Shown here: positions 63,627 through 64,000 of the stretch, one piece after another | Numbering within the stretch: the stretch's first letter is position 1 | Layout: every line of letters begins with the position of its first letter | From: Carpediemonas membranifera BICM | Lineage: Eukaryota; Protista; Fornicata | DNA: 64,000 nucleotides | Direction of reading: 5' to 3' | Assembly: GCA_019828565.1 (NCBI GenBank) | Contig: JAHDYR010000014.1 | Location: 186,001-250,000 of the forward strand | Made by a program: the position numbers and the translations under genes | Notes under the pieces: model-generated | Database searches by the model: none | Seen by the model: the letters and a program-made list of their open reading frames with translations, nothing else | Told to the model about the DNA's origin: nothing

Positions 63627-64000
63627 ATGACGACAATCGCGGAATTAGAAGCTCAAATCGTCGCGATGAAAGCCGTCTCGGACCGGAACTTCCTTCTGAG
63701 ATCGGCATTCACGGTATTAACGATGCAAGGCGGCTTTGCAGCGCTTGAAGCCGGTTGTGTACGCAAGCGGAACTCGGCAAACATTATGGCGAAGAACCTG
63801 ACTGATATTGGCGTTGGAGCTATATCCTACTGGGCTCTGGGTTACGGCCTCTCCTATGGGATCCATGACGGATGGTCTAACGGCTTTGCTGGCACCGCAG
63901 ACTTCTTCATCAGCTCGGAATCGGAGCATCTTGCCGCCTGGGTGTTCCAGTTCTCTTTTGCAGCGACGGCTTCAACCATTGTGTCAGGCGCGTGGGCTGA
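63627..64000 (+). CDS. amt: Ammonium transporter (Amt), 5' part, truncated by the window end
   Basis: MTTIAELE...MQGGFAALEAGCVRKRNSANIMAKN..D.....ISYWALGYGLSYG...WVFQFSFAATASTIVSGA. Not in the ORF track because it has no stop in the window. Confidence 0.92.
   Translation, partial: MTTIAELEAQIVAMKAVSDRNFLLRSAFTVLTMQGGFAALEAGCVRKRNSANIMAKNLTDIGVGAISYWALGYGLSYGIHDGWSNGFAGTADFFISSESEHLAAWVFQFSFAATASTIVSGAWA

Noticed and set aside
2764-64000. Adenosine kinase, YgeY-like hydrolase and Amt as a purine/nitrogen gene cluster
   Set aside because: They are ~30 kb apart and separated by unrelated housekeeping genes, with no evidence of co-regulation.
1-64000. Bacterial origin or contamination suggested by RpiB, YgeY, DUF89 and PocR
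   Set aside because: These genes are interleaved with clearly eukaryotic genes, and rpiB itself has a spliceosomal intron.
1-64000. tRNA, rRNA or spliceosomal snRNA genes
   Set aside because: None were recognised by eye. A covariance-model scan would be needed to exclude divergent ones.

Overview
Gene-dense eukaryotic (protist) DNA. Intergenic gaps are short and I inferred eight 28-34 nt spliceosomal introns, all in the 5' part of their genes, one of them GC-AG. Gene content and intron style suggest a free-living anaerobic flagellate such as a Carpediemonas-like metamonad; this is inference, not a database result. Housekeeping genes include adenosine kinase, tRNA isopentenyltransferase, RPL35A, RpiB, TRAPPC4, eIF2-gamma, a divergent MED14, AMPK/SNF1, BiP, Arp1, AK7-like and an ammonium transporter. 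The accessory centrepiece is a ~2.81 kb tandem triplication (~23951-32839). Each unit carries (i) a HEPN-motif (RNIASH) plus double-CCCH zinc-finger protein, (ii) a degenerate relic homologous to the 3' end of a TnpB/Fanzor-like nuclease remnant found at ~57089-57500, (iii) right after that relic, a decayed ~134 nt copy of the HEPN gene, antisense to its mRNA when read in the relic's orientation, and (iv) the 3' end of the adjacent YgeY-like M20 hydrolase. Other notable items are a bacterial-type PocR sensor fused to a TmcB/C-like multi-pass membrane protein, a NAK kinase-ANTH fusion, several prokaryote-like enzymes and two exact intragenic duplications. All alignments and domain calls were made by eye.
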